Positions 24,845 through 33,850 of a stretch of DNA of 52,335 nucleotides are shown here, one piece after another. This DNA comes from a virus (lineage: Duplodnaviria > Caudoviricetes). Within the stretch, counting starts at the first letter, position 1, and each line of letters begins with the position of its first letter. Where the stretch lies: the IMG/VR virus record IMGVR_UViG_3300036851_000202, positions 1 through 52,335 of that record; one strand, given 5' to 3'. A program made the translations under genes and the position numbers. The notes under the pieces were generated by a model that was not told where the DNA came from, did not search any database, and saw only the letters and a program-made list of their open reading frames with translations.

Positions 24845-27034
24845 TTACGATGAGCCGCCGTCCGCATGGACGCCGCCACGGTACTCTTGGAAGTTCACGC
24901 CAACGTCCGAGTAGCCGCGCATCTGAACGCCAAGCACGTTGAATTCGGCGTCGGCCGTTTCGACGGTCGGCATCACGTTGCCGTTGAGGGCGGCGATCGC
25001 GATGACCGGCAGGACGTTCGGATCGGCCAGCAGCCACCAGGCAGTCGAGGTATTGCCCGTGTACGTGGAATTGCTGATGTACGGCGAGCTTTCCAGGCGG
25101 AACCGCCCGCGGAACACGTTGATGTTGGACATGCCGGCCGAAGCGCCGGAAACGATGACCGATTGCGGGTCCAGCAAGGCGCTGGCCGTCGCCTTGAGCG
25201 CCGACGGGACAAGGACAATCGCCGCCTCCATCCCCAGAGGAGTGCCGTCAGGGTTGGTCTGGTTGAGGAAAATCGTCTCGGTTGCAGCCAATCCGGCGAG
25301 CGTCATATCCGCAACGCCGGTATTGATGTTGCTATTGCCGGACGCGAAGAACGACGTCGAGACACCGGACAGGAATTCTGTCCAGAAGATGTGATTTAAG
25401 AGCTTCATCGCACCGTTTCCGAGCTTCATCGGAACGTCGGTCAGGGCTCCGGTGTCATCGTTGATGATGTCCTGCCGCGTAATGGCCAGCATCTTCGCGT
25501 AGGTATCGGCCTTGTTGGTGTAGCTCAGCTCGCCGAGCGTGCCGTGCTTGATTTCGCCGTCGCCGGCAACCTGCTCATACCGCACGGAATCCGTCAGGCT
25601 GACGGTGGTAGCGGTCTTGAAGTCGCGGACGTTCTGAATCTTCGCGATCCGCAGCGGCGTCTGATCTACGGCATTCCAGCCGCGGAATACGAACTTGTTG
25701 GCGACGTTGGAAACGATGTCGGAAATGTCGATCGTGCTGAAGCCCGCAGCGTGGATGTGCTGCCGCGGGGCAGTCATGCGGAAGGCCGCCCGCTGAACCT
25801 CCAGCGTCACGTCCATGTTTCCGTCGTTGAAGCCGTTGGCCTGGGCGCAGAGCAAGAAGAGCTGCTTGAGCCCGATTCGCCCGCGGAACCGCTTGTGCGC
25901 GGCATCCAGCACCTTCTCGTCAAACTGCTTCTCGATATCGGGCAGGTTGCCGGCCTGGCAGAGTGCCGCCTCCAGCACGTCGTTGGTGAGCTGCCCGTCG
26001 CGCTTCGAGGAGAACACGCCGACGCCCGGCGCCATCGTCGTAGCTTCGAGCAATTCCAGACGGAACTTGTCAACGCCCCATTTGCCGTCGATGCCCTGCT
26101 GGGCCAGTTCCTTGATGGCCTTGATTTCATACGGCCGCTTGTCGCAGGCGTTGAGGGCAATATCGGTGATCGCGTCAATGCGGTCGGTTTCGGCCTGCTT
26201 GGCATCAATGCCCTCGTCGAGCTTGACCCGCTTTTTCGGCGGAGTCACCAACTGACTCGTCGTGAAGTTGGCTTCGATCTTCTCTTGCTGCTCGGTCGTG
26301 GCGTTTTCCACGTCGATCCCCATGCTTTCGGCCCATGCTTTGACTTCGGCTTTCATAACTGTCTCCTTGGTAGAAGCGGCCGAAGCCGCGATGGTGACTT
26401 GGGTATCGTCGTCAGCGCCGTGAGAAACGAATGCAAGCCCCTTGAGCGTGCCGACGCGGGTCACGTACATGGGGCCGTCAAAGGTCTGGCCGTTGGCCTC
26501 GACCGTCTTGCCGGCCTTGACCTCCTGAACCTTCTCGGGATTGACTTCAAGACTCGATTGCCACACGTAGCCGTCGCGGGCGCTGTCCACCACTTCATCG
26601 CGGGCGGCGGTAGCGGCGGAGGCGGTTCCGTTGGCGACGAGAGATTTGCCGTCGTTTGCTACGGCGAAATTGCCGACACGCTTGGTGCGGTCGTGGTCGA
26701 GATTGGCGACAAGCACTTTGCTGGGCTTCAGGCCCGCAAGATCGATGACCACTGGCAAATCCCAGCCTTCGATGTCGAGTTTGCCGCCCGTGTAGAATGT
26801 GCTGGTGAACTTGGCCGGACCTTTGCTGGCGCCTTCGCCTTCCGCCGCGCTGATTGTCACGGGTGCGGAGAGGGCGATGATCGCTGGTCGTTTGCCTTTC
26901 GCCATGGCTTGCTCCTTCAATTTGGCCTGACACATGACGACGGCTTGCCCTTGGTCGTGACCTTCGTCCATGACCATCGGCACACAGCGCCGCATGTAGT
27001 CCTCGCGCGATTCGCCGGGCTTAGGAGTGGGCAT
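24845..27034 (-). CDS. prohead protease/scaffold fused to major capsid protein
   Basis: 729 aa; N-terminal LDHD...VG...WQSSL protease-like region; C-terminal V.DFK...GEIKHG.L.E..Y...ADTYAKMLAITRQDIINDD.GA capsid (Mu gpT-like) motifs. Confidence 0.85.
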   Translation of the reverse strand: MPTPKPGESREDYMRRCVPMVMDEGHDQGQAVVMCQAKLKEQAMAKGKRPAIIALSAPVTISAAEGEGASKGPAKFTSTFYTGGKLDIEGWDLPVVIDLAGLKPSKVLVANLDHDRTKRVGNFAVANDGKSLVANGTASAATAARDEVVDSARDGYVWQSSLEVNPEKVQEVKAGKTVEANGQTFDGPMYVTRVGTLKGLAFVSHGADDDTQVTIAASAASTKETVMKAEVKAWAESMGIDVENATTEQQEKIEANFTTSQLVTPPKKRVKLDEGIDAKQAETDRIDAITDIALNACDKRPYEIKAIKELAQQGIDGKWGVDKFRLELLEATTMAPGVGVFSSKRDGQLTNDVLEAALCQAGNLPDIEKQFDEKVLDAAHKRFRGRIGLKQLFLLCAQANGFNDGNMDVTLEVQRAAFRMTAPRQHIHAAGFSTIDISDIVSNVANKFVFRGWNAVDQTPLRIAKIQNVRDFKTATTVSLTDSVRYEQVAGDGEIKHGTLGELSYTNKADTYAKMLAITRQDIINDDTGALTDVPMKLGNGAMKLLNHIFWTEFLSGVSTSFFASGNSNINTGVADMTLAGLAATETIFLNQTNPDGTPLGMEAAIVLVPSALKATASALLDPQSVIVSGASAGMSNINVFRGRFRLESSPYISNSTYTGNTSTAWWLLADPNVLPVIAIAALNGNVMPTVETADAEFNVLGVQMRGYSDVGVNFQEYRGGVHADGGSS

Positions 27035-28595
27035 GGTTCACTCCGTTTGCGTGGCCGTTGAGAAGCCCGCGGCGTTTCATGGTCTGCAAGGCGGCCATGA
27101 CCGATTCATCCGTCACTGGCTGCGAAGATTGACCGGGAGCGCCGCCCTGCTGAACTGGCGGCAGAATCACGTCGAGCAGCCGTTTGCGCATTTCGTCGGT
27201 GCTGATGCCGAAGGATTGGGCCGACTTCTCCAGCTCATCCTCAAAGTCGAGACCGGCATCGCTGTAGAGCGTGTGCAAAAACACCTGCCCGCTCTTGAGC
27301 TTGGCCTGATTGGCGTTGGCTTCCGCCTCTACGTCCGCCACGCGATGCTTCGGCCAGTCCCATAAATGCAGGCGGGCTCCAGCGCCAACAGCGCCGGGAT
27401 TCCCGCCAAGCCAGCCGAAGCGGGCGATGGCCAGATCAAGCCAGGCGTTGAATAGCTTGGAAAGTACGAGTGAGCCGCATTCCATCCGCTGCACGTCAAG
27501 CGAGTCGTAATACGTGCCGTGATCCAGGCGGCCAGAGGCATAGTTGTAATCGGATGAATCTGCGGCGGCCTTGTTGCGCGGCATATTGACCGCGCGGCCC
27601 ATTTCGTTGATGAGCGATTTGTTGAAGTCCGCGTGTGTAGCGCTGGGAAACTTCGGGTCTTGGAAGTTCGGCTTCCAACCCACGGGCAGGAAGTTCATCA
27701 AGCCCTTCTCGATGTCCATCGTGCTGAAGGGGGCGACGAAATCGGCCTCATCGGGAGCCTGATTCGTCTCCATCATCAGCGTCAGCAAGGCCGCACGTTC
27801 GGCAGCCGACAGCGTAGCTTCGCGCCAGCGGCGGGCCGCGGCTCCGCAGTTGAGGGCGCTGCCAAGTTCCGGCGTGCCGCGGTGCTGGCCCGGCCGCCGC
27901 ATTCGGAACCAGTGCAGGACGCTGGCCGCCGGAACGCTTTCCGGCGTCAAATCAAGGAAGGTGCTGTTGGTCGTGCCGGGGTGCTCATTCAGCACGTCGT
28001 AGAAAATCGGGTTGCCGAACTCGTCAAACCAAACGCCGTCGATCCTGTTTTCTTCCGCGAACGGCAGGTAGGGCGTCTGGATTTGTTCGGCCTCGTAGAG
28101 CACTAAATCCATCGGGATCGGATGGTTGACGCCGGGGTTGCGGCGCAGCACGCCGAAGCCTTCCCCGTCAACGTGCTTGGCGTGGGCCATGCACCAGAGC
28201 TTGCGGCGCAGGCCGACTGCCTCGCTCCACAGATGCCAGGTCAGCTCGACCATCTGATTGAAGCCTTGCGAGCCGGTCTGCATTCGCAGAGTCGGGCCGA
28301 CGCCGATCAAATCGTTCGTGATCGTCTGGGCGATGCCGTCGCTGAAGGCGTTGTTGGCGACTTCGTACCGCGAGCGGCTGATGAGCGTGTGCCGAATCTC
28401 TTTCGAGTTGGCCGAATCGGCGTCTAGGCGGTCGGCGTTGCTCCAGTAGTTCTTGAACTCGTCGGTTGTGCGGGCCGCGTCGTAACTCGCCTTGAGTTGA
28501 AGAAAACGCGCCTGCCACATAGCAACCTGCGCGGCGGCGACATTGGCCTTCGCGGGCTTGCGTTTGCTTTTCGATTTGGTGGTCTTCGTGGCCAT
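27021..28595 (-). CDS. lambda-family portal protein
   Basis: YDAA...RSRYEVANN...VLHWF...RPGQHRGTP...DSSDYNYASGRLD. Confidence 0.92.
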   Translation of the reverse strand: MATKTTKSKSKRKPAKANVAAAQVAMWQARFLQLKASYDAARTTDEFKNYWSNADRLDADSANSKEIRHTLISRSRYEVANNAFSDGIAQTITNDLIGVGPTLRMQTGSQGFNQMVELTWHLWSEAVGLRRKLWCMAHAKHVDGEGFGVLRRNPGVNHPIPMDLVLYEAEQIQTPYLPFAEENRIDGVWFDEFGNPIFYDVLNEHPGTTNSTFLDLTPESVPAASVLHWFRMRRPGQHRGTPELGSALNCGAAARRWREATLSAAERAALLTLMMETNQAPDEADFVAPFSTMDIEKGLMNFLPVGWKPNFQDPKFPSATHADFNKSLINEMGRAVNMPRNKAAADSSDYNYASGRLDHGTYYDSLDVQRMECGSLVLSKLFNAWLDLAIARFGWLGGNPGAVGAGARLHLWDWPKHRVADVEAEANANQAKLKSGQVFLHTLYSDAGLDFEDELEKSAQSFGISTDEMRKRLLDVILPPVQQGGAPGQSSQPVTDESVMAALQTMKRRGLLNGHANGVNHAHS

Positions 28596-28819
28596 CAACC
28601 GGCTGCCGGTGGGATCGTCTTGCGGGCTCGCATTCCGCCGAGGCTGTTGGCGTTGTCCGACGCCAGTTCGCCTTTGATTTCCGCGCGGAGTTCGCGCAGT
28701 TCTTTCAGCGTGTAGCTCTGGACCGACTGCCCGCCGACGCTCACGCTCGCGACACCATCGGTCATTGCCGAACGGATCGCGGTTTCAATCGTCGTGAGGT
28801 CGGAAGTGGTCCAGGCCAT
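28595..28819 (-). CDS. gpW-like head-tail joining protein
   Basis: IETAI...GVASVSVGGQSVQSYTLKELRELR; immediately before the portal gene. Confidence 0.75.
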   Translation of the reverse strand: MAWTTSDLTTIETAIRSAMTDGVASVSVGGQSVQSYTLKELRELRAEIKGELASDNANSLGGMRARKTIPPAAG

Positions 28820-28830
28820 TACGTCAAGCC

Positions 28831-28866
28831 AAAAGAAAAACGGGGCACGCTTTCACGCGCCCCGTT
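28831..28866 (-). terminator. intrinsic terminator 11 nt upstream of the gpW start
   Basis: AACGGGGCGCG-TGAAAG-CGTGCCCCGTT followed by TTTCTTTT. Confidence 0.75.
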
Positions 28867-28956
28867 AAAGGCTCGATCGTTAACGCGATCTCAGAGGGTG
28901 GCCGCCCTGCCGATGTCGCGAGCCGCGCTAGGCGGCCCCTTGTCTCAATGATTGAT

Positions 28957-29277
28957 TCAACCGGCTTCCTTGTGGAGTGTCAAATGTGCCTGTCCAGAAC
29001 TGGACGATTCATCGCCAACCTCGCGCACGATAGTTGCTGGCGGCTGCTTGCTGTAGAACTTCCGTCCGCACTTCTTGTTGCGGCATTCGACATAGCGGAA
29101 CGTCGTGGCCTCACCCTGCCGCGTCCCGGTGGCGAACATCGCGCAGCCGCAGTACGGGCAAACGTCGGCCGGCTTGCCAGCGATCTGCATTGGCTGTTGG
29201 CCCGCAGCATCCGCCGCCATTTGCCGCGCCGTCGGTCGTTCGTGGGGAGCGGGTCGGGTCAACGGTTTCTCTCCCAA
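28957..29277 (-). CDS. Ogr/Delta-like zinc-ribbon protein
   Basis: CPYCG...TR......RYVECRNKKCGRKF has P2 Ogr-like spacing. Confidence 0.6.
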   Translation of the reverse strand: MGEKPLTRPAPHERPTARQMAADAAGQQPMQIAGKPADVCPYCGCAMFATGTRQGEATTFRYVECRNKKCGRKFYSKQPPATIVREVGDESSSSGQAHLTLHKEAG

Positions 29278-30020
29278 GCCCGCACGCCCGCCGGGCTCAG
29301 CGTCTGGTTGTAATACCCCTGCATCGGAACCTTGAACGGAATGTCGCCATATTTCCGCAGGGCCGCAAAGAGCATTGCGTTGTTCGGCAGTTCTCCAGCC
29401 TCTGCCAGCCGGCCAACGTGGTCCCGGCTTTCCAAGCGGATAATCGTTTGGCTGGCGATTTCCTCAATGGCGACAAGCACGAGCTCGTAACAGTTCGCCG
29501 CGGCGAGGTCGTAGAACAGCGTCGGATTCAGGCAGTAGAATCCGTGGTCGATCCAGCCGGTAAATGGGGACTCGTGAATCATCAGCCCGCCGTCTATGCA
29601 GTGGTCGTGCATCGTGCGGAACACTTGGCCGATGTTGAAAATGTGCTCGGCCGTGCCGTGATTTATCACCACGTTGAAACCAATCGGATACGTTTCCTTT
29701 GACAGGCCGCACTCTGGACATACCGGACCGTTGCGAATCTCGCCGCAGCACCACATGAATTCGCCAAGGTCAAGCGGCTGGTTCAGGTCTTGCTTAATGG
29801 CTTGAGGTCCACCATTGAAATCAACTGAAAACACGAACTCTGGGGCGAACAGCGAAGCATAAAGCGCCTTGCAGGCCGCGAAGCCGTCGCCCTCAAATGG
29901 AAAGTCTGGCTCAATGTCCCCGTACCAATTAGCTTCCCCAATCTCCAGCAGCGAACCGCCGGGCGGGAGGCGGTCTTTGAGGCTTGTAAGCAGGCGGTAG
30001 TGAGTGGCGGAAATGGCCAT
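29259..30020 (-). CDS. class I SAM-dependent methyltransferase
   Basis: LLEIGE...DLNQP...VINHGTAEHIFN...GGLMIH..P......HGFY; short Cys insert CCG...CPECG. Confidence 0.75.
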   Translation of the reverse strand: MAISATHYRLLTSLKDRLPPGGSLLEIGEANWYGDIEPDFPFEGDGFAACKALYASLFAPEFVFSVDFNGGPQAIKQDLNQPLDLGEFMWCCGEIRNGPVCPECGLSKETYPIGFNVVINHGTAEHIFNIGQVFRTMHDHCIDGGLMIHESPFTGWIDHGFYCLNPTLFYDLAAANCYELVLVAIEEIASQTIIRLESRDHVGRLAEAGELPNNAMLFAALRKYGDIPFKVPMQGYYNQTLSPAGVRAWERNR

Positions 30021-30175
30021 TAGATGACGTAGAACGTGAAGTAGAGTAGGTCGTCTTGGGCAAGCCACAATCGGGCGTGCTCGGTCATCAGACCCTCAGG
30101 AGCCAGCCCCATGCTGACATACCGTAAGTGCTGCCGGAGAATCTCGCGCGTTTGATTTCTGTCGTAGGTTGTCAT
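30020..30175 (-). CDS. small hypothetical protein
   Basis: MTTYDRNQ...; coupled on both sides. Confidence 0.4.
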   Translation of the reverse strand: MTTYDRNQTREILRQHLRYVSMGLAPEGLMTEHARLWLAQDDLLYFTFYVI

Positions 30176-30864
30176 GCCAAATACTCCTCCAGTTTCCGCG
30201 TGACAGGATAATCCGACTTCCGCGGCCGCTGCGACACTTCGCCGGGCGATGCCTCCGCCCACTGAACCGCCTTAGCCGGGAACATGCAGGCCAGTTCGTG
30301 AATCGAGACCAGCCGCTCGGAGCAAACGCAACTGGTCCCCGGCTTGATGTTCAGGAACGCATTCACCACGTCATCGACGTGAACGAAATCCTTGAGCTGC
30401 TCGCCGCCTTCGACTCGCAGAACGTCCGCCGCCTTGAACACGTCAACCACGCCATGCCCACCAGGCCCGTACACATTCGCGATCTGCAAGATGGAATCGC
30501 CGGGACGCATGCAGAGTTCCGCTGCCCGCTTGCTGACGGTGTAAGGGCTCGGGCCTTCGTTCATGGTGCTGGCAAGGATGACGGGGCAGCTTGCTTGCCG
30601 CACGATGTTGAGCGTGCCGCCGACGTTGACGCGGACGGTTTCGGCCGGGGCGGCGCAGCTCTTGCCGATTGAACTGATGGCGGCGAGGTGATAGATGAAA
30701 TCGTATCGCTCTGGCACATAGCCGCTGGCTACATCGCAACAATGCGTCAGCTTGTAATTGCACAACTGCAGGTCGAGAACCTCCACGAAATCGCCACGCT
30801 TAGCAAGCGCCGCGACCAAATGCCGCCCGATGAATCCGCTGCCGCCGGTGACTAGGACGCGCAT
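30172..30864 (-). CDS. NAD-dependent nucleotide-sugar epimerase/dehydratase (extended SDR)
   Basis: VLVTGGSGFIG, HLAA, YTVSK, NVYGPG, DFVHVDDV. Confidence 0.9.
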   Translation of the reverse strand: MRVLVTGGSGFIGRHLVAALAKRGDFVEVLDLQLCNYKLTHCCDVASGYVPERYDFIYHLAAISSIGKSCAAPAETVRVNVGGTLNIVRQASCPVILASTMNEGPSPYTVSKRAAELCMRPGDSILQIANVYGPGGHGVVDVFKAADVLRVEGGEQLKDFVHVDDVVNAFLNIKPGTSCVCSERLVSIHELACMFPAKAVQWAEASPGEVSQRPRKSDYPVTRKLEEYLA

Positions 30865-31061
30865 TCTGTCGCCTCCGGCTTGCAGAACACGGGCGCATTG
30901 TCCAGTGACACGAAGATGTATTGCAGCGCCGCTTCGTACGCTTCGCGCTCGCGAGGCGACAAGCTATCGCCTTTGCCAGCCAGTGCCGTAAGCGTCACTT
31001 CTGCGGCGCGAAAGTAAATCTCGGCCAACTTCAGTTCTTCATCGGTCAAGTCAATAACCAT
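30852..31061 (-). CDS. small hypothetical protein
   Basis: 69 aa between the terminase and epimerase genes. Confidence 0.45.
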   Translation of the reverse strand: MVIDLTDEELKLAEIYFRAAEVTLTALAGKGDSLSPREREAYEAALQYIFVSLDNAPVFCKPEATECAS

Positions 31062-31063
31062 TT

Positions 31064-33169
31064 CTATCTCCCAGAGGCTTTTGCCATATCCCGCGCAGTT
31101 TGTCGCTGATCCGGCGGCGGGCGGGATGATTTTGCGGCTCCAAGCACGCGAATTCCGTTGAGTGCTGCGCCAACATCGCTGTAGTAGCTCGCGTCGAGCC
31201 AGTCCATTTCACGCGCCTTAGGAATGAACACGCGGCGCACAACTCCCTTGTATTCTTCCTCGACCTCGATTTCTGCGCAGATATGCTTGGCGTACTGCTC
31301 GTGCTGAGTGAGCGGCGTATCGTCGTCGCCCCAGATGAACATGCAGCCCGGCTTGTCCGTCGCGGTCATCCATCTCGCGTGCTCCCATGCCTTCCAGTAA
31401 TCGGTGTCGGCGTGTACCGCCCAGATGCCGACTGGGTTATCACGGTCGAAATACCACCGCTCCCCACCGCCAGGCTTTCTGTTGGTCGTCCTGGCGATGC
31501 ATGGGCGAAACTTTCCTTTTGTCGATGCACCGGCAGACTGCCCAATGCCCTTGATCGCATAGACGCCCATCCCAAGCGACTTCACCGCCATCATCACCGC
31601 GTCGGATTCGTATCGCGAGTCGAATACGGACACGATCTGGCTCAGGGGCTCGCCGTTTGCCTGCAGGTACTCAGCGGCCCGAAACTCTTCCTCTCGCCTG
31701 CGCACGGCGTTGTAAATCGCCCGGTTCAGCCCTTCGTTGCTGCCGTGCTTAACGCCTGCCACATCCATGATCCCATAGTCGATCGTGTAGCCAGTTCCAT
31801 CCGGCTTAAAGGCGCGAACCACCCAATGGAAGCCCTTCGTTTTTCCAACATCGCAGCCGTGCGATAGAACGGTGCAGCCGGGCGGGATAGTTTTGTTGGC
31901 ATAGCCAGACTTCTGCTTCTGGATCATCTGGGGATTGATGCCGGATTCAATGCGTCCATCGTCTTCTGGCGGGTCGTTTTGATATTCCGTCAGGAAGCTC
32001 GGCATCCCGTGGTCGGTGATGAAGTCGTAGCAGTTCTGCAGGGCCGAGACTTGCATCTGCGATCCATCAGGGAGGATTGACCGCGTGTAGTCGTTCTCAT
32101 TGCTGACGACGGCCCCGAGGTGCATTTCGTCGAATCGTTCAAGCAGGAACTGATGCGCCTTGCGGCCGTGCTTATCAATTGGCCGTCCGTCATCGTCGAA
32201 CGTCTCGCGGCCTGCCCGCCGCAGTCCCATGTACTCATCCCACAGAGACTGATTGGCCGGCCATTCCTTGATCTTTCGCAGCCGCACCCCCGACCACTGC
32301 TTTTGCTTTGGGTCGGAATACTTGAACGCCACAGAGTGCCGGCTGGGGATCGTGCACAGCATGACCGCGCCGAATGGCTCGCCAGGGCCACCGAGACCGC
32401 TGATGTTCTCATCGACCGTCTTCTCGATCTTCGCTGCAATCGTGCCGCCGTCTTTTGAGGACAGAGAATCGCGATCATCCAAGTCATCTAGCAGGCAGAA
32501 CCTGGGTCGAACGTCGTAGAGGTTGAATCCCTGAATGTCGTTGGACGTGATGCCCATACCTGCAAGCATTCCGGCCATCCCACCCTCATCATCGAAGCTC
32601 GGCAGGATGATATGATCGGCAGCCCATTCCAGGAAGACAGGCCGACCACCGACCGTGACGTTGTGAGCGCGTGCAGGGGCCGGTGCGACGTGACGGGCAA
32701 TAATGCACTCCAGCCCGTAGTCGTCGAATAGTGGCGATCCTTCCCGGGCACTCCGCAGTTTATTTTTGATCGCGTCCAAGCTATCGCCTGCCTTCTTGCC
32801 GGTCGCGTTGATGAGCAGGGACAGCGGCACAAACGGAACTAGTAGGCCATCGCGTTCGATCTTTTGGAGACTGTACTTCAGGCATAAGTAGCGGGCGATG
32901 CTGGTCTTTCCGTCGTGCCGCGGGGCCGCAAATGTCTTCAGCAGCCCATATTGCAGGGCGTGTGAAATCTCTTCCACGATGTGTCGTTGATCGTCAGTAA
33001 ACGGAAACCGGAAGACGCCCGGAACGTACCGTCGCAACCACTCGCAATCGTCCGCCTCGCAGGCTGCCCGGCGATTGGGGTCTTTGGTGGTATGGACTGA
33101 CAGATCCCGCTCTGCAGCACGCTTTACAGCGGCTTTGGTGGCCTGTCGTTCGCGTTCGGTCTGGGTCAT
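31064..33169 (-). CDS. terL: terminase large subunit (GpA-like)
   Basis: Walker A APRHDGKTS, Walker B CLLDD, TEYQNDP, nuclease GCDVG and MDWLDA. Confidence 0.9.
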   Translation of the reverse strand: MTQTERERQATKAAVKRAAERDLSVHTTKDPNRRAACEADDCEWLRRYVPGVFRFPFTDDQRHIVEEISHALQYGLLKTFAAPRHDGKTSIARYLCLKYSLQKIERDGLLVPFVPLSLLINATGKKAGDSLDAIKNKLRSAREGSPLFDDYGLECIIARHVAPAPARAHNVTVGGRPVFLEWAADHIILPSFDDEGGMAGMLAGMGITSNDIQGFNLYDVRPRFCLLDDLDDRDSLSSKDGGTIAAKIEKTVDENISGLGGPGEPFGAVMLCTIPSRHSVAFKYSDPKQKQWSGVRLRKIKEWPANQSLWDEYMGLRRAGRETFDDDGRPIDKHGRKAHQFLLERFDEMHLGAVVSNENDYTRSILPDGSQMQVSALQNCYDFITDHGMPSFLTEYQNDPPEDDGRIESGINPQMIQKQKSGYANKTIPPGCTVLSHGCDVGKTKGFHWVVRAFKPDGTGYTIDYGIMDVAGVKHGSNEGLNRAIYNAVRRREEEFRAAEYLQANGEPLSQIVSVFDSRYESDAVMMAVKSLGMGVYAIKGIGQSAGASTKGKFRPCIARTTNRKPGGGERWYFDRDNPVGIWAVHADTDYWKAWEHARWMTATDKPGCMFIWGDDDTPLTQHEQYAKHICAEIEVEEEYKGVVRRVFIPKAREMDWLDASYYSDVGAALNGIRVLGAAKSSRPPPDQRQTARDMAKASGR

Positions 33170-33269
33170 GCCGGTAGGTAGGTACTATCCTGGCTTAGCG
33201 CGCGGTGCGGGAAATAGAGGCGTAAAATCTTCCCTTGGAAGTACCTTTGACTACCGGGGGGGGTCTGCC

Positions 33270-33599
33270 TCAATCCACCCCCCGATACTTGGCCACGTAT
33301 TCAATCCGCCTGAAGTCCACACGATCCCCGCTGGCCGTCGCTGTGACCTCCAGGGCGTACTTCGTGCCTGCCGTGAGCGTTGTCCCGTCCTCGATCGTGC
33401 CGCGATACAGCCCGTCGCTGCTCGCCACGTAGGCCATACTGCCACTTGCCACGTTCGCTCCTCCCGCTGCGGGCTTCAGTGCGAAGGCCACTGTGGCGTC
33501 ATTGATGTACGCGGCCAGCACGTTGTCATAGAGCCCGTCCCATTCAACGAGGTTATCGCTGCCGATGTAGAGGTGGCCTGCCCGCAGTCCTGCGCTCAT
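33270..33599 (-). CDS. putative virion accessory protein
   Basis: 109-aa beta-rich ORF in a coupled operon before terL. Confidence 0.55.
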   Translation of the reverse strand: MSAGLRAGHLYIGSDNLVEWDGLYDNVLAAYINDATVAFALKPAAGGANVASGSMAYVASSDGLYRGTIEDGTTLTAGTKYALEVTATASGDRVDFRRIEYVAKYRGVD

Positions 33600-33850
33600 A
33601 GATCAACCGATCCTTCCTCTGAATTGGCAAGGCTAAGCCTGCCGCCTAGTGCTTGCTCCAGGTCAACGCTGCCGGCGAGGGCTGAGGCTAGGGCGACGTT
33701 GCCGCGGAAGGCGATTGCCGTATCGACTCTTCCTGCCAGCCTAGGGCGCAGGGCGACGATTCCGCCGAGATCGCTATCCAGAATGACCAGCACTTCCGTC
33801 AGCATGAACGGAGGCGCAACCAACAGCGGACTTATCAGGCTCACGCTCAT
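33596..33850 (-). CDS. hypothetical protein
   Basis: ATGA-coupled to both neighbours. Confidence 0.5.
   Translation of the reverse strand: MSVSLISPLLVAPPFMLTEVLVILDSDLGGIVALRPRLAGRVDTAIAFRGNVALASALAGSVDLEQALGGRLSLANSEEGSVDL

Noticed and set aside
22493-27061. Long plus-strand ORFs (22493..23860, 25544..27061; also 18953..19999 and 36177..37397)
   Set aside because: Antisense shadows of well-supported minus-strand genes in GC-rich DNA; no motifs.
28891-28915. TCAGAGGG as the missing 3' half of tRNA-Lys
   Set aside because: No T-loop (TTCGA) or matching acceptor strand follows.
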